This document shows, piece by piece, positions 1-13,300 of a stretch of 34,476 nucleotides of DNA. The first letter of the stretch is position 1. Each line of letters begins with the position of its first letter. This stretch comes from Catajapyx aquilonaris (Eukaryota), in contig KZ539069.1 in assembly GCA_000934665.2 (NCBI GenBank), positions 1 to 34,476 on the forward strand. The letters are read 5' to 3'. The translations under genes and the position numbers were made by a program. Below the pieces are notes generated by a model. It saw only the letters and a list, made by a program, of their open reading frames with translations, was not told the DNA's origin and searched no databases.

Positions 1-68
1 GTACTCCTTGGTACTCCTTGAATTTGGTACTCCGGTGTACACTTTTCAGTCGAGTGATTACCCCCTTG
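1..68. mobile_element. Right part of a small hAT-like MITE (same family as 10473-10619), cut by the window edge
   Basis: Closely matches 10552-10619, including the GGTACTCC sub-repeats and the terminus AGTG(A/G)TTA..CCCTTG. Confidence 0.7.
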
Positions 69-131
<63 letters not shown>

Positions 132-417
132 TTGAGCCATTATCAGCCAACCGGGCTTTTCTAGGGGGGGATTACTCCCAATTTTTTGTCTGGAACTCTT
201 CCATTTTTTACTACCTTTTCATCGGAATTAAGCAGGGATAGGGAAGGAAGGAAGCGGCTGTGGCCTATAATTACGGTAACGACCCCGGAATTGTCCTGCG
301 AGGACCATGGGAAACCACCGAAAACCATGGTCTGGGTCGCCGGCCTCAGGTATTCAAACCCAGGACCTCCCGATTAGCAGTCGGACACCTTATCCACTCC
401 ACCACTACTGCTTCGGT
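69..417 (-). mobile_element. tRNA-derived SINE, family 1, with (TTA)n tail
   Basis: Minus strand begins ACCGAAGCAGTAGTGGTGGAGTGG (A box) ... GGGTTTGAATACC (B box) and ends in the (AAT)n run at about 69-131; homologous copies at 9905-10215 and 18473-18824. Confidence 0.85.
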
Positions 418-938
418 AACAGCAATATATTATTTCCCCTAATATTATTGTGGTACAACGAAAAGTCAATCCTTTAAGTCAGATCGCTGCTAGAGTAGAA
501 TATGAAACTTCGCTCTGACACTGCTTATATTGATGCACGCGACTTTCGCCGATATAATTACGAGTACTGTATAATCCACCGTTTGGGAGCAATTTGCAAG
601 ATATGACATTACCATTAGTTAATAATGCGAATATTATGATCCAAAGAATTTAGAATCATAAATGTATTGCTTATTAAAATAGTACAAATGGGATTTTAAC
701 CAGTTTGATGTAATTCATGTGTTATTGAATTAAAATGAATTGTTACTGTGTTTTGACTTTACAATCAAAGTTGCCATTTTTGGCTTTCCTTATGTAGGCC
801 TAACAAGTAATAGAGACTGAAATTTCATTACCATTTTTTTGTAAATAAAATCCATCATTGCTCATTCTTGGCAGTGTACTCACTGACCTCGTCAATCAAC
901 AGTATACTACTTAACTGAGGAAGAGAATAAGTTCTTAC

Positions 939-1124
939 CTGAGTTTGACGAAACTCTTTCTGATGGTAGTGGAGGTGCCTGGACTCTATTTTCCTCGCCT
1001 TCTACTTCTGTCAGTTTCTTACTAGTCTTGGGCAGCAATGTTGAAGCTATGCCCTTTTCTGAACTGGACATCATGTCCACGTCGTTCAGTATATTGTCCA
1101 AGTCAGACCAAGAGCTCTTCGACC
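939..1124 (-). CDS. Gene 1 exon, module A (GSKSSWSDLDNILNDVD...RVQAPPLP)
   Basis: ttacag|GG ... CAG|gtaag; 186 nt; phase 1-1; open. Confidence 0.8.
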
Positions 1125-4100
1125 CTGTAAGTAATGCATTGAATTGATTTACATATTTACACCTGTACCAATAATTGGCGACTAATCTAATAGGCATGCT
1201 GATTACATATTTCTGAAGTACGGCTGATGGAAAATATCGTCCATTTGAGTAAATAATTGGCGCAACTGGATTTTGAGTCCGGTAATAACGTAAAAAAGAA
1301 AATGGATGAATAATGAACTGAAGGACGAACTTTCATGAAATTGCTTCCTACCTGGGTCAATCGCAGTAGTGACTAGTTCAGAAGCTGCCTGTTGGACTGG
1401 GGGTCCTTCTTCAGGAGGTGGTATTGCCTCGGGAAGCTCGGGCCTGGTCTCCATCGCCAGGGATGGAAGATGCAGATCGAATATTTGTGAAATTGCTCCA
1501 GATTCCAGCCCCCACTGAGCCTGATGTTCTCCTAAGTCTGTGCAGAGCAGTGTGCTTAGAGCTACATCTGTGAAAATTATTATTTCCCAGTTATAATCGA
1601 ATTAGTCACGTTGGAGTTAAATTGCTCCTATGCGCAGTGTGACGCTGTGGATGAATAATTATGGTATTGGTATCGGTTTATTTACCCAGTGGGCACGAGG
1701 CCCTTTTGGGGATGAATAATTATGCAGTAAGTTATAAAAATAATATCGGTGTTCACGCCAATTGCAACCAACACTGCTAGGACGTCTTCTCACCTTGGTT
1801 AATGGCATTGCCTTGATTATACATTGTCAGTTGAGTTGGTTGGCTACTTTCCCCACGTGTAGTTTCTTCATGAATCTCTCTCTTGCTTTTGTGTACCGCT
1901 TTCTTTTTCTTTTGTACTTTGCTGCTTTTAATGTGTGCCTGTTTCTTTTCGTGAATCTCTCTCTTGCTTTCGTGTACCGCCTTCGTTTTCTTTTGTATTT
2001 TGCTGCTTTTAATGTGTGCCTGTTTCCTTTTTGGGCGTTTCACGTTGTCTCCGATGAATCCAAAGCCAGAACCTGGGTCATGCTGCTGTCTCTCATGTGC
2101 CTCTATGCCGAAGCCTGGAACTTAAGTCATGATCACATCTTTACTCGTATCACACAATACTTCAGATAGAATGAAATTCTAAAATATTTTTGAAAGACGC
2201 ATCAGTGAAGAGTATAACTCAGTGCTAGAGAACGAGGGATAAAACCAGATTATAGATAATGTTAGAATATGCAGTACGGTAGTTGGATATATGTTACTGT
2301 TACTCATTTTAAAAGTAACCTGGGGAGAAGAGAGAACGTGGGCGTTTCCCCGGATAATATCCCTGCCTGCAGTATTATGTTACGTGTGACTTTTCACCTA
2401 CGTTCTTTCGCATATTCACCACTGTGGAAAGTTTCTTACCTATTCCTGGAAAAGTGTACTGGTCTTCTGTCTCTGTATTGATGGTCTTACGAGGTTTCTT
2501 GGTTGGAACCTTGCGTCTCGTTGCACGTTTCCTTTTCGACACCTGGTGTGGTTGGTGTATCATATCATTGTCCACATTGTCCAAGGGAGTTCCGAAATTA
2601 GACCAAGCATATTGATTGTTAAACCCTGAAAATAATGTAAGTTATTGCATTAATAATAACTCATCATTACTGTTACAGATGTTATTTTTGTTTATCACAG
2701 GCGTATTCAGAGGAGTCAGTATTCCAAAAAATTACAGTATGTTTCTGCCACCGTATTATGAGCTTCCTTGCTGCGAATATTCCTACCAATACTACTGACT
2801 CTGCGAGATAATTTTATTGTTGTTTCACGTGACTTTCCAACCTTTCTTACTGCTTCTTACCTGGATTCACTACAGGATATTGTTCTGCAAATCCATGATG
2901 ATATGATGACATATCATTCCCGTATTCCCCTGCTAGAAACCGCCTGTCATGGGTGTTTTCCACGTACAATTCCTGATCAGCCTCCTGCTTTTCTGGTAAG
3001 CTTCCACAGGTCATCATACCTAATTCTTCATCTGTAAATACAATAAGTCTTTTAATGTTATTATCGCACTATTCGAGATAGCATCAAATTAATATTACCA
3101 ATGTCGAAAACCACCCCTAAATAATTTCACACTACACAGCACTTCGTCTCACAGGATGAGTCAGGCTTGCAGGTGTTCCAGCCGCCAAGCCAGTGGCGAC
3201 GCTGACCAAAAACAAGTTTCAAAATAGGAGTGAAAAATGTCGCGACACAAATCGTTAACAAAGTAGATGACATTGCATGTTTGGGTTTGAAATATCTCAC
3301 TCACATAGTTTGGACATAGTTTTTGGCCAATCTAACTCGTACTGGCTGCTGAATGACCTGCAAATTCACTCACCCTGTGCGTTCTTAGTAGGTCTATAAG
3401 CCACATTAATCATGAAAGTAACAGGTAAGTTTTGTGAGCTAATTTTTTTTAAAAACCCTTCCCCATGCAGCTCCCTTGCGTCAGGTGTGCCGTGTGCTTG
3501 TATGCTTCCTCATAATAAAATAACTATTCCGGTACCTCACTCGCACAGATTCTTACCGAAATATATGGAAATTAGTGAGCTTTCTGGGGGTGGTGGCGGT
3601 GCTTGGCTTGTGTTTTCCACGTCTATCTGCTCCGCAAGTTGTGATCTGGTCTCTGATGGGAATGGTGGAGCTAAGTCCCTTTGGGATGACTGGTGTATTT
3701 CCGAATAGGCCATCGTGTCCCAGTTGTTCTGTAGACTGGGAAAGTCATAGGAATGGAATTGCATGCAGGGTTCTGCAAATAATGTATTGCATTAATTCAC
3801 TGTCACCAGTAACATTTATGCTGATTTCTAATCCCAAATTATTACACTTCCTTCCTGCGAGTAGCTGTATATCAACATGCGCTTGGCTTTACAAACGCGT
3901 GAGGGCACATATGGATGTTGCCCACTCTCATTTAGATTCTCACCTGGGACAATAATAGTATTAGTGGCACATTCTGAAGTTTCCTGTTGGATTGGTTGTC
4001 CATATGCTGTAAGTGTTGCTGCTTCCGGGAGCTTCTTCATTTCCTCCTTCGCTAGCGATGGAAGCTGAAGGTGGTGTGTTGTCTCCATCGATTCGAAATC

Positions 4101-7100
4101 AGTGTTCCTTCCTTCTAAGTGTGTAGAGGGAAGTATGCTTACATCTGGCTCTGTAAACATTGCGATTTCCACGTTATTACAGTATCAATAAAATGAAATA
4201 TTTGGATATACTGTGTCGTAAATATAATATCATATTACTGTCCCGCCAGTACACGCCACCGGGTGAGTCAGAACTCCAGCTAAATCCCCCCCCCCCCCAC
4301 ACACACCCAAGAGTACTACCTTAGGATCAAAACAGGTCTGAAATGTACAGAGGTTAGAAATGTCGAAAAGGTTGCTCGGGATAGCTTGTGTTAAGGTCGC
4401 TTCACAAACTCGGCGTTGCGAAAGCGGGGCGAAATGCCCGTTTTACAAACCCGGATTTGCGCGAGCGGGGCGTGCGGAGAGCGGAAAATTTGCGAAGGGC
4501 TATTCACAAATGCTGCGTGCGATGACCGAGCGCGGGCGTTGCGCTGGCGTCCAATCGGGTGGACTTTCTGCGTGCGATGAGCGGAAGGCCCACACGCCAC
4601 GCTTTCGCAACGCCGAGTTTGTGAAGCGGCCTTTAGACTTTAGGATTGTGCGTGTGCACATATTGTACTTGTACGTAAACGCCACACGTACTGATATGAT
4701 TTCCTACCTGCGTGAATCGCAGTAGTGACTAGTTCAGAAGCTGCCTGTTGGACTGGGGGTCCTTCTTCAGGAGGTGGTATTGCCTCGGGAAGCTCGGGCC
4801 TGGTCTCCATCGCCAGGGATGGAAGATGCAGATCTAACATTTGTGGAACTGCTCCAGATTCCAGTCCCCACTGAGCCTGCTGTTCTCCTAAGTCTGTGCA
4901 GAGGAGTGTGCTTCGATCTACATCTGTGAAAAGAATCATTTCCCAGTTATAATCAAATTAGTCACATTATACAACTTTTCTTGTTATGAAATTCTCCATA
5001 TACAGGAAAATGCTTTCTCAGTCGGAGTGAGTCAGATTGTAGGGTAAAAATAAGTTTCGGATCTCCATGTTTCCGAGCGAAGTACAGTACAGTACCAATA
5101 TTGTTGTTTTTAATGCTGAGTAAACATTTGAAACATTTTGATACACACGTTTGATGGGAGGTTTCAGGTTGATGGTCTTCAGGATTTTTTTACGGTACCT
5201 TTCCCCTCCTTGTCGAGAACTGCAGTGCAGTATAGGATAATGCATTTATAACAAAATAAGTTCTTACCTGAGGGTGAAGAAACACAATGAATTTCCGTCT
5301 GTGGTAGCGGTGTCTGGACTCTGTTTTTTTCCTTCTCCCCCTCTGGCAGGTGCTCACTAGACTTTTGCAACAATGTTGAAGCCATGTCCTCTTGGGGTAC
5401 CTGGAATTCTCCGGAATCGGTCACACAGATGACTTCGAGTTGTAACTTGTCCCATTCAGCCAAAAGCAATTTGTTCTTTGGTTCTGTAAGTAATGTATTG
5501 CATTAATCGATTGCACCTGCACCAAAAACACTTCATTCCGATCATGTAGCCTTGTGATGATGCACCCCATTATTGAGATACATTATACTTGTATAACATT
5601 GTTTCAAAATGAAAAATGAGTAAATAATTTACTCCGAATTGAACAATTTGACCAACGTGAACTTTCCAGTAGACTGGTAAGAATATGGGATGGCATCAAC
5701 CAACATTTCGAACTATAATGTTCACTGCCGATATTTTCTAATATTAAGCAATATAAGTTAGTTATCTTGAGGGTCCATCGTTATAAGTGTAACTTCTGGA
5801 CATGTTTGCCAAGCATAACAAAAGTGATTCTAGGCAAAACTCTGTCATACAAACCAAGTAAATTGTGGCGTATGTGAAAGTTGATAGGATATTTAAACTG
5901 CATATCAACAACTATAGTATATATACAACAAAAAGTAGCAACTTATGAATTTACTTGTCAATCAAGCAACCAGCTTGATTGACAAGTAAATTCATAAGTT
6001 GCTACTTTAAGGCCTTAAGGCCTTCTAAATGAGCCTCTAAATAAAGGGCTTCTTGGCTAGAAAAATTATTTACTATTGGTTTATTATTGTGCGAGAGTAC
6101 ATAGTGCTCTTGTAGTAGTGCATTAATCACCAAGAACATTAAAATGGCTTTTCACCTGAACTAGTAGCAGTAACGTGATCAGAGATTTCCTGTTGGACTG
6201 GGGCAATCTCGGAATTTGGTTTCTCCTCTGGAAGTTCACCCCATGTCTCATTCGCCAGGGATGGAAGATACAGATGTACCATTTCGTCCATTGGTCCAAA
6301 GTCTAGCCCGCATACAGCCTCATATTCTTCTCCTGAATCTGTAAAGATAACAATCTTCAGGTTTTTGTAGCATAAATCGCGCGGGCACAATGTTTAGTGG
6401 TCAGCTTTATATACGCACCTGAATAATAACGGGAATAATTTCACATTGTGCAATTTCTTGCAAGTATATAGGTCTACTAATATCACGTTAGTAAAATTTT
6501 CTAAATTATGAGCTTCATTACACAAGAATTACGGTGGTCACAATCATCGTATTTGAGGATTTACATCTGTGCTCTTCTTTAAAATAATTATCAATAACTC
6601 TACCTGCGCTCATCGCACTCGCAAAGTTTCTTACCGAAGTGTGAACCAGAGCAAAGGATTTCCGTCGGTTGTGGCGGTGTCTGGACTCTTTTACCTTCTA
6701 CTTCCTCTGGCAGCTTCTGGCTAGTCTTTGGCGGCAATGTTGAAACCAATGCCTCTTGTGGTATCTGGCATACTCCAGAATCGTCCACCATATCAACTTC
6801 GTCCAGTATCTTGCCCAATTCAGGACAAGACGAGTTGCTGTCGGGCTCTGTCCATAATGCATTCCATTAATTACTCGTAATTTCAACCACAGAGGCAATG
6901 ACATTGTTTAGAATTATTTACAGTGGGCCATAGAAACATTCAAAAATATTTGGGCAAGTAATTTACTCTAAATCAAACCATTTGTGCTACTTGACCTAAT
7001 TAGTATTGAGAAAATGAGATAATTATGATCTGGCAACGTTTCAGCATCGAATGTGAATAGTACCCGTTAGACTTCCTCTTGTGTAGTGAGGTTTTTGAGC

Positions 7101-7223
7101 ATCCTTAAGGTTACATCAAGAATTTGGGGACAATTCCGAATTACATCAGGGGAATGGGACAATTCCGAAGCAAGTACAATTGAGTAAATCGCAGTACCCA
7201 GTAGTAGTAATAATAATGATAAC

Positions 7224-7308
<85 letters not shown>

Positions 7309-10300
7309 TATAGGCCTACCCCGTGCTAGGCCTCCTTGGGCCTCTTAGGGGATCATCTTTTATTTAACTGACTTTAATCATTGCCTGCGCTGTGATGGAT
7401 TTTGATAGCGGGAGGAAACGGGAGAACCCCGAGAAAACCCACGCGAACACGGACAGAACCCATCGAAACTCTATCCACATAAGAATCCTCCGTCCGACCC
7501 GGGGATCGAACTCGGGACCTTAGAGGTGGAAGGCTGCGGCGCTAACCACTCCGCCACCGTGTTGCCCCTCGCAGTACCCAGTATGTGAAACTCTAATGCG
7601 ATGATTGTCGATACTCACCATGAGCTTCGGCGTCAGACATTTCATTTCTGGTCTGCTGTGCCAGGAGTGAAATCTGCATGATTGCAGTTTCTGCCACTAA
7701 TCTAAGTTGCAATAGTTCATCACCATCCTGCATGTCCTCTACCCTTTCAGGAGACATTGCGCCTAACTCGTGATCTGCAAAGGTCAAAAGCATACCATTA
7801 TTATAGTATTAGTTACTCTGGAGTAAAGTTTTTAAATATTAATGAGTAGACTACACGTCAGAATATTTTATAAATTAATAATATGATCACATAGGGTCTG
7901 TTTCTATAACTAGATAGATTATCCAGCCGCCGCGCCGCGTCGCCAGTGTACGAGTTTAGCCAAAACAATTCATTTGAAATGTATAGGATGATAATGACGA
8001 CGCAACTGTAAGAAGTATTCAACGTTAATCATTTGTGTGGGTCTACACGTGTAAGGCGAAGTTATCACGTCATACAGGAGAACAGTACTACGTTCTTACT
8101 GCTCTTCATGTAACTATTATGGTAACATATATGCGGTACGTGCTAAAAGTCATAGGTTTATTGTTCCTACTTCAATATTACTCGGGCATAGGTTCCAGGA
8201 AAAAAGAAAAGAATGATATTGATGCACGTGTCTTGGGGGACAGAAGGGGAACCAAGCCTGCAATATTGTGGCATTGACCTTCACTGCATGCGTCGGGGTA
8301 TGCAGACTGATAAGACATGTAAGACACTACTAATAAAATTTTTGCTTCATTCACTTGAGTCGTGCAGGAAAACAATGATTCTGGCAGTGTTGCCACATTA
8401 GTGGTGTTGACTGTTGCCTTACGGTAGGTACTTGTAATACTACTCCATGAAATGTGCAGGTTTGAGGAAATGTAATCTGACAATTTACAAGCCTCAATCG
8501 CGCACATTTACACTCATAAGCGTCTTAAAGCGACGATTTTATAATGACGACCTTCAAGGGAATGCTGATAATAAGATTGAAATGGGTGGAGGGGGGAAAG
8601 AGATGCATTTACGAACACGAGTGGTTGGTAAATGTTAATTTTTACATGATAAAGTAACTCACAAGAGTATAAGGCGAGCTTTCCGTATACAGTATTTAGG
8701 GAAGTGCACTTTGAAATGTACTGTATTGCTGCTGTAAATGCAGAAATACCCTTACAGTAAGTGCACTTTGTAATAATAATGAGGATCATTATAAATGTTC
8801 GTCTTTTCTTGCAATGACAGATATTCCGTAAGGTCGAAAGCAACATTACTTTTATTCACATTTGCCACCAATCATATGGAATTTTTCATTCCAAGTTCAT
8901 TCAAAGTGGCAAAATATCTGCTGAAGAGTGACATTTGCTGGATATGACGCCCCACTGTGCTCAAGAATATTTTTCAAAGTATGACCACCTTACGTAATGG
9001 CTGAGCTGAAAAGGCAATGAGTATATTGATACTTTGCTACTTGCTTTACTAACGTAAGGAAACATCAACAGCACTGATGTGGCAGCACTGCTAGAATCAT
9101 TGTCCTGCCTGATTCAAGTGAATAAAAGCAAAAATTTTATCCGTGACTTAGCGTACCAAACTGAGTCTTATCAGTCTGCATGCCCCGACGCGACGCGATT
9201 GTGCTACGAAGGTCAATGGTGCCACAATTTCAGATTCAGTGTTACCTATCTTCCTCCTCCCCGCATCCCCAAGTCCCACACCTCCAATGGCTGTACAAAT
9301 ATTTTTGTCAATAGCCATTGGGAGTCCAGAATGCGAATCTATAAAATATACACTTATATGACTCCTCACCTGGATTAATCGCAGTGACACGGTCTTGGGT
9401 ATTCTTTTCGACCACCGGCTGTCTGATCTCGGGATGTGCCTCTAGTTGATCATTCTTGGTCTCCTTCGCCGGTGATGGAAGTTGCAGATCGTACTTTTCC
9501 TCACCTAATTCAAAATCCAGCCCCCACTGAACCTTCTGTTCTTCTCCTACATCTGTAAATATCATAACCTTCATGTTTTTGTAGCATAAATCGTGCGGGC
9601 TTCATATTTATACATAAAATTTAATGCATGCATCAGTCTAAATAATCTCAGAAAAATGTCAAATTGTACAACTTCTTTCACATATACTTATATGATTCTT
9701 ATGAAACTTTCTAAATAAATTACAAACTTCCTTCCAGACGAAACTATTTTTCAACTGGAAGATTGTGACATTGATTTGAAATTGTGGTGGCGGTTTCAAG
9801 GGCAGACTTTGGTGTTACATTATTTTGTCACTCCTTCAATGAAATGCTGCTAGCTTATGAAACGCACCTTGTGTTGTACAGTATAGGCCTACATCCAGAA
9901 TAATAATAATAATAATAATAATTAATAATAATTAATAATTCATACCCCGTTATCAGCCTTTTTCGGCTCTTTAGGGGGAAAGTTTTCTTTTGCCTGGAAC
10001 TCTTTGCTTTCATTTTACTGCACTTTTTGGGATGGGATAGGGACGGAAGGAAGCGGCTGTGGCCTGTTAATTACGGAAACAACTCCGGAATTTCCCTGGA
10101 AGGACCGTGGGAAACCACAGAAAACCACGGTCAGAGTTGCCGGCCCCGGGATTCGAACCCAGGACCTCCCGATTAGCAGTCGGACGCCTTATCCACTATG
10201 CCAACCTGCTTCGGTACATCCAGAATAATTGTTGGGTGGAATGAGAAAGAGACATTATTTATAAGAAAAAGATAGTACACCTTAAAAATTCCAAGACATT

Positions 10301-13300
10301 CGGAATCTTTCTCTCGCACCTGTATGCTGCATGAGGAGAGTGTACAGTATATTGTGCTGGTTCAGACCTGCATTACTTTTCACATGAACAATCCCATCGG
10401 GGGTTTTCTCTATTTACGAGAGAGCGTCTGAATGTCTGGTTTCCTTATTCAGGGACTGTCCACGATCACAATCAAGGGTGTAACCACTTCGGTACTCCGG
10501 TGTACACCTGCGAGTGGTACTCCGAGGTACTCCTTATGTAACTGATTCTTTGGTACTCCTTGTTACTCCTTGAATTTGGTAGTCCAGTGTACACTTTACA
10601 GTCGAGTGGTTAACCCTTGGTCACAATCATCGTACATGAGCATTTATGTCTGTGCTGTTGCTTAAAATTATTATCAATCTCACCACCTGTGCTCATCGCA
10701 CTTGCAAAGTTTCTTACCGAAGTGTGAAGAAAAACAAATGATTTCTGTCGGTGGTGGAGGTGTCTGGACTCTGTTACCCTCTTCCTCCTCTAGCAGCTGC
10801 TGGCTAGCCTTTGGCGGCAATGTTGAAGCCAATGATTCTTGGGGTACCGGCCATACTCCCAGCTCGTCCACCATGTCAATTTCGTCAAGTACCTCGTCCA
10901 ATTCAGGACATGACCAGTTGCTCTCGAGCTCTGTCGCAATAATGCATTATATTAATTAATTTAAACCACACAGACAATGACATTGACTACAAAATTAATA
11001 ACGGTAGGCATGTATAGTGATTCGCCGGTGTCTTGATGGACCTCCAGTAACTTTAGCCAACTATGCCAAAGAGAGTGACAATATTATTAATAGTGTAAAT
11101 ATGACATGCATAATAAACATGCACCACGTACGGAACGGAACTTAAATCGGATTTTTAAAAATTACCCAGATTTGATTTCAGATGTCCATTGTTTCATGCA
11201 GTTGTAAAGACTAAGAGTCGACTATTATAACCAGGATATTTAAAAAAAATTATGAATGAAATGCAAAAGTGTTGATTAATAATGAAATACAAATTAATCC
11301 GACATTAACATGACACATACAAAAATATGACTGGCATAATCCCGACATCACTTTTCATATTAAGGTAGCCTCCAACCCTATATTTTATATGAGCTTTCAT
11401 TGTCTGTATGCCTATCTACAAAATAACGTCCTATGAACTGCAAAAATATTGTTGTCCAGAAAACTTCACATTTCACTAATACCACTGTATACACATATAA
11501 TTATTATGTTTTGTGGTGGAGAAAAAAGGAAAGAAAAATTATAACATACGTGAGCAGGATAAGTTTATGCCCTACTCAATGAAACCAATACAGACAAAGA
11601 ACTGGGTCACGTGCTTATTCAGATCCATTCATCAAGAAATTATTTTTCTACTAGTTCTATATTAATCTATCTGGTATTTATCATAGGTAGTTCTAAACTA
11701 CAGTGAAACGAAGCACTTTCAGCCTCGCTGAAGATTATGTAAGAACCTTCTCTATAAATTCTCCATACTTAATTACTTCATTCCTACTACACCAGCTATA
11801 TTTTCCTAACCAAAATGTTGACAATTATTTTATTAAGCGCAGCTTGTATGAACATGAGTTAAAGTTAACTACGGGGTTAGTGTGTGTTTAGTTAATTTGC
11901 TACCAAATATGTCTACCGCTAAGTTAAATTTCAGCCTTATTGTGTAGTGAAATTTTCGAGCATTCTTATGGTCACGCCAGAAATATTTTGGGACGTTTTC
12001 AAAGCAAATACAATCTAATTAATCGCAGTGAATATCTAATGCGATGACTGTCAATACTTACCATGTGCTACGGCGTCATGTGTTTCATTCCTTGTCCGCT
12101 CTGTCAGGAATGAAAGCTGCTTGATTTGGGTTTCTGCCTCTAATCTCAGGAAAAACAGCCCGTCAGTCTTGTTCCTGTCTTCTCTCTCAGGAGGCATTAT
12201 GGCCAAGTCTTCATCTGAAAAGGTCAGCATCATATCATTATTTTCGCATTAGTTACTCGAGTAAAATGAGTAGTTAAAAATATTGATACGTATTAGTCAT
12301 AATATTTTAGAAATAATGTGATATTATTCTACAGCATCACATAGGGTATATAAATTAAAGCAGATAAAATCATTAACAAAATGTTGGATGACAGCGCAGA
12401 AGTGCAGGCTCAAGTTGCTTTATCTGGAATAGCAAGGGAAGCTAATATTTTTGGATCATGGCTATTTGTTGATATTCTGAAAACAGAGATCTCTGATAAT
12501 AATCCATATACTATGCTAATGGTTTGTTTCGTTGAGTGAACCCATGATAGCAGCATTCTAATGTGAACACGAGTGACGGTTTTTTCCCTGCTCCTTGATT
12601 GCGCATCTTCAATATTGAGCAGGTAGGCTATATCGACATTCAACACACTAGCACGATTTCTTACAGGTGTAGAGAGAAGTGGTGCAGAAATCCGGCCGTG
12701 GTGATGTTATCTGGACACTCTCTTTTTCGCTGTCCTTATCTTCTGACACTGTCGATGGTATATTCTCTGGGAGTGTGCGATGTGTTGCATCATCGTCATC
12801 TTCCTCTATTGCATCCAGCAGCTTATCCAAATCATCGGAAGAGTTTATGGTGTAAATTTCTGAAAGTAATGCATCGCATTCATTATTTTCATGTTGTAGC
12901 AAGGAGATTGGTTTAAACGTATAATCATTGCCACCTGCGAATAATTCTGTTGATGGTGATAGATAATGTAGAATGCGCTCTGAAATAGCCTATTCTGAGT
13001 ACAAGTTCATGTAGAAATGAGACCAATAACGTTTCAGACTCTGTTACGCCCATTAATATTTGGCATATTTTAATCCTGTTTCCATGTCCAAACGTCTAGC
13101 ACGTGTTAAGAATTCTCCATAATTATACACTGCGGTGCTCATAGCATTTTATTCAGTCTATGCTGCGTGTGCTGAGCTTTGTGACAGTGCATATGGCCAC
13201 GAATCGTTAATCAACATGACTTGTCCATACCTTTGTCAAGAAGTTTTGCAGTGTCTTTTTGTGCGATTTTATGACATGATGGATGTTCATTCATTGGATG

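Noticed and set aside
340..417. tRNA gene (GCT anticodon-like loop), also near 7490-7568, 10140-10215 and 18473-18550
   Set aside because: These are SINE heads followed by SINE bodies, tails and, for two copies, TSDs; the cloverleafs are degenerate
186..442. Plus-strand ORFs of 60-63 aa (and similar ORFs at 10004 and 18248)
   Set aside because: They lie inside SINE copies and are incidental frames
1762..2169. 135-aa hydrophobic membrane-like ORF on the plus strand
   Set aside because: It is the antisense of the Lys-rich exon; AAA/AAG codons read as Phe/Leu
3374..3393. Possible 20-nt micro-exon of gene 1 (tatag|…|gtgagt)
   Set aside because: Not a multiple of 3 and would break the phase 1 chain; no further support
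4360..4725. Overlapping ORFs in the GC-rich segment
   Set aside because: Inside a 239-bp MITE; no transposase motifs
10255..10450. Weak inverted repeat (CAAGACATTCGG…CTCTCG / CGAGAG…CTGAATGTCTGG)
   Set aside because: Too degenerate to define ends; probably an old MITE remnant
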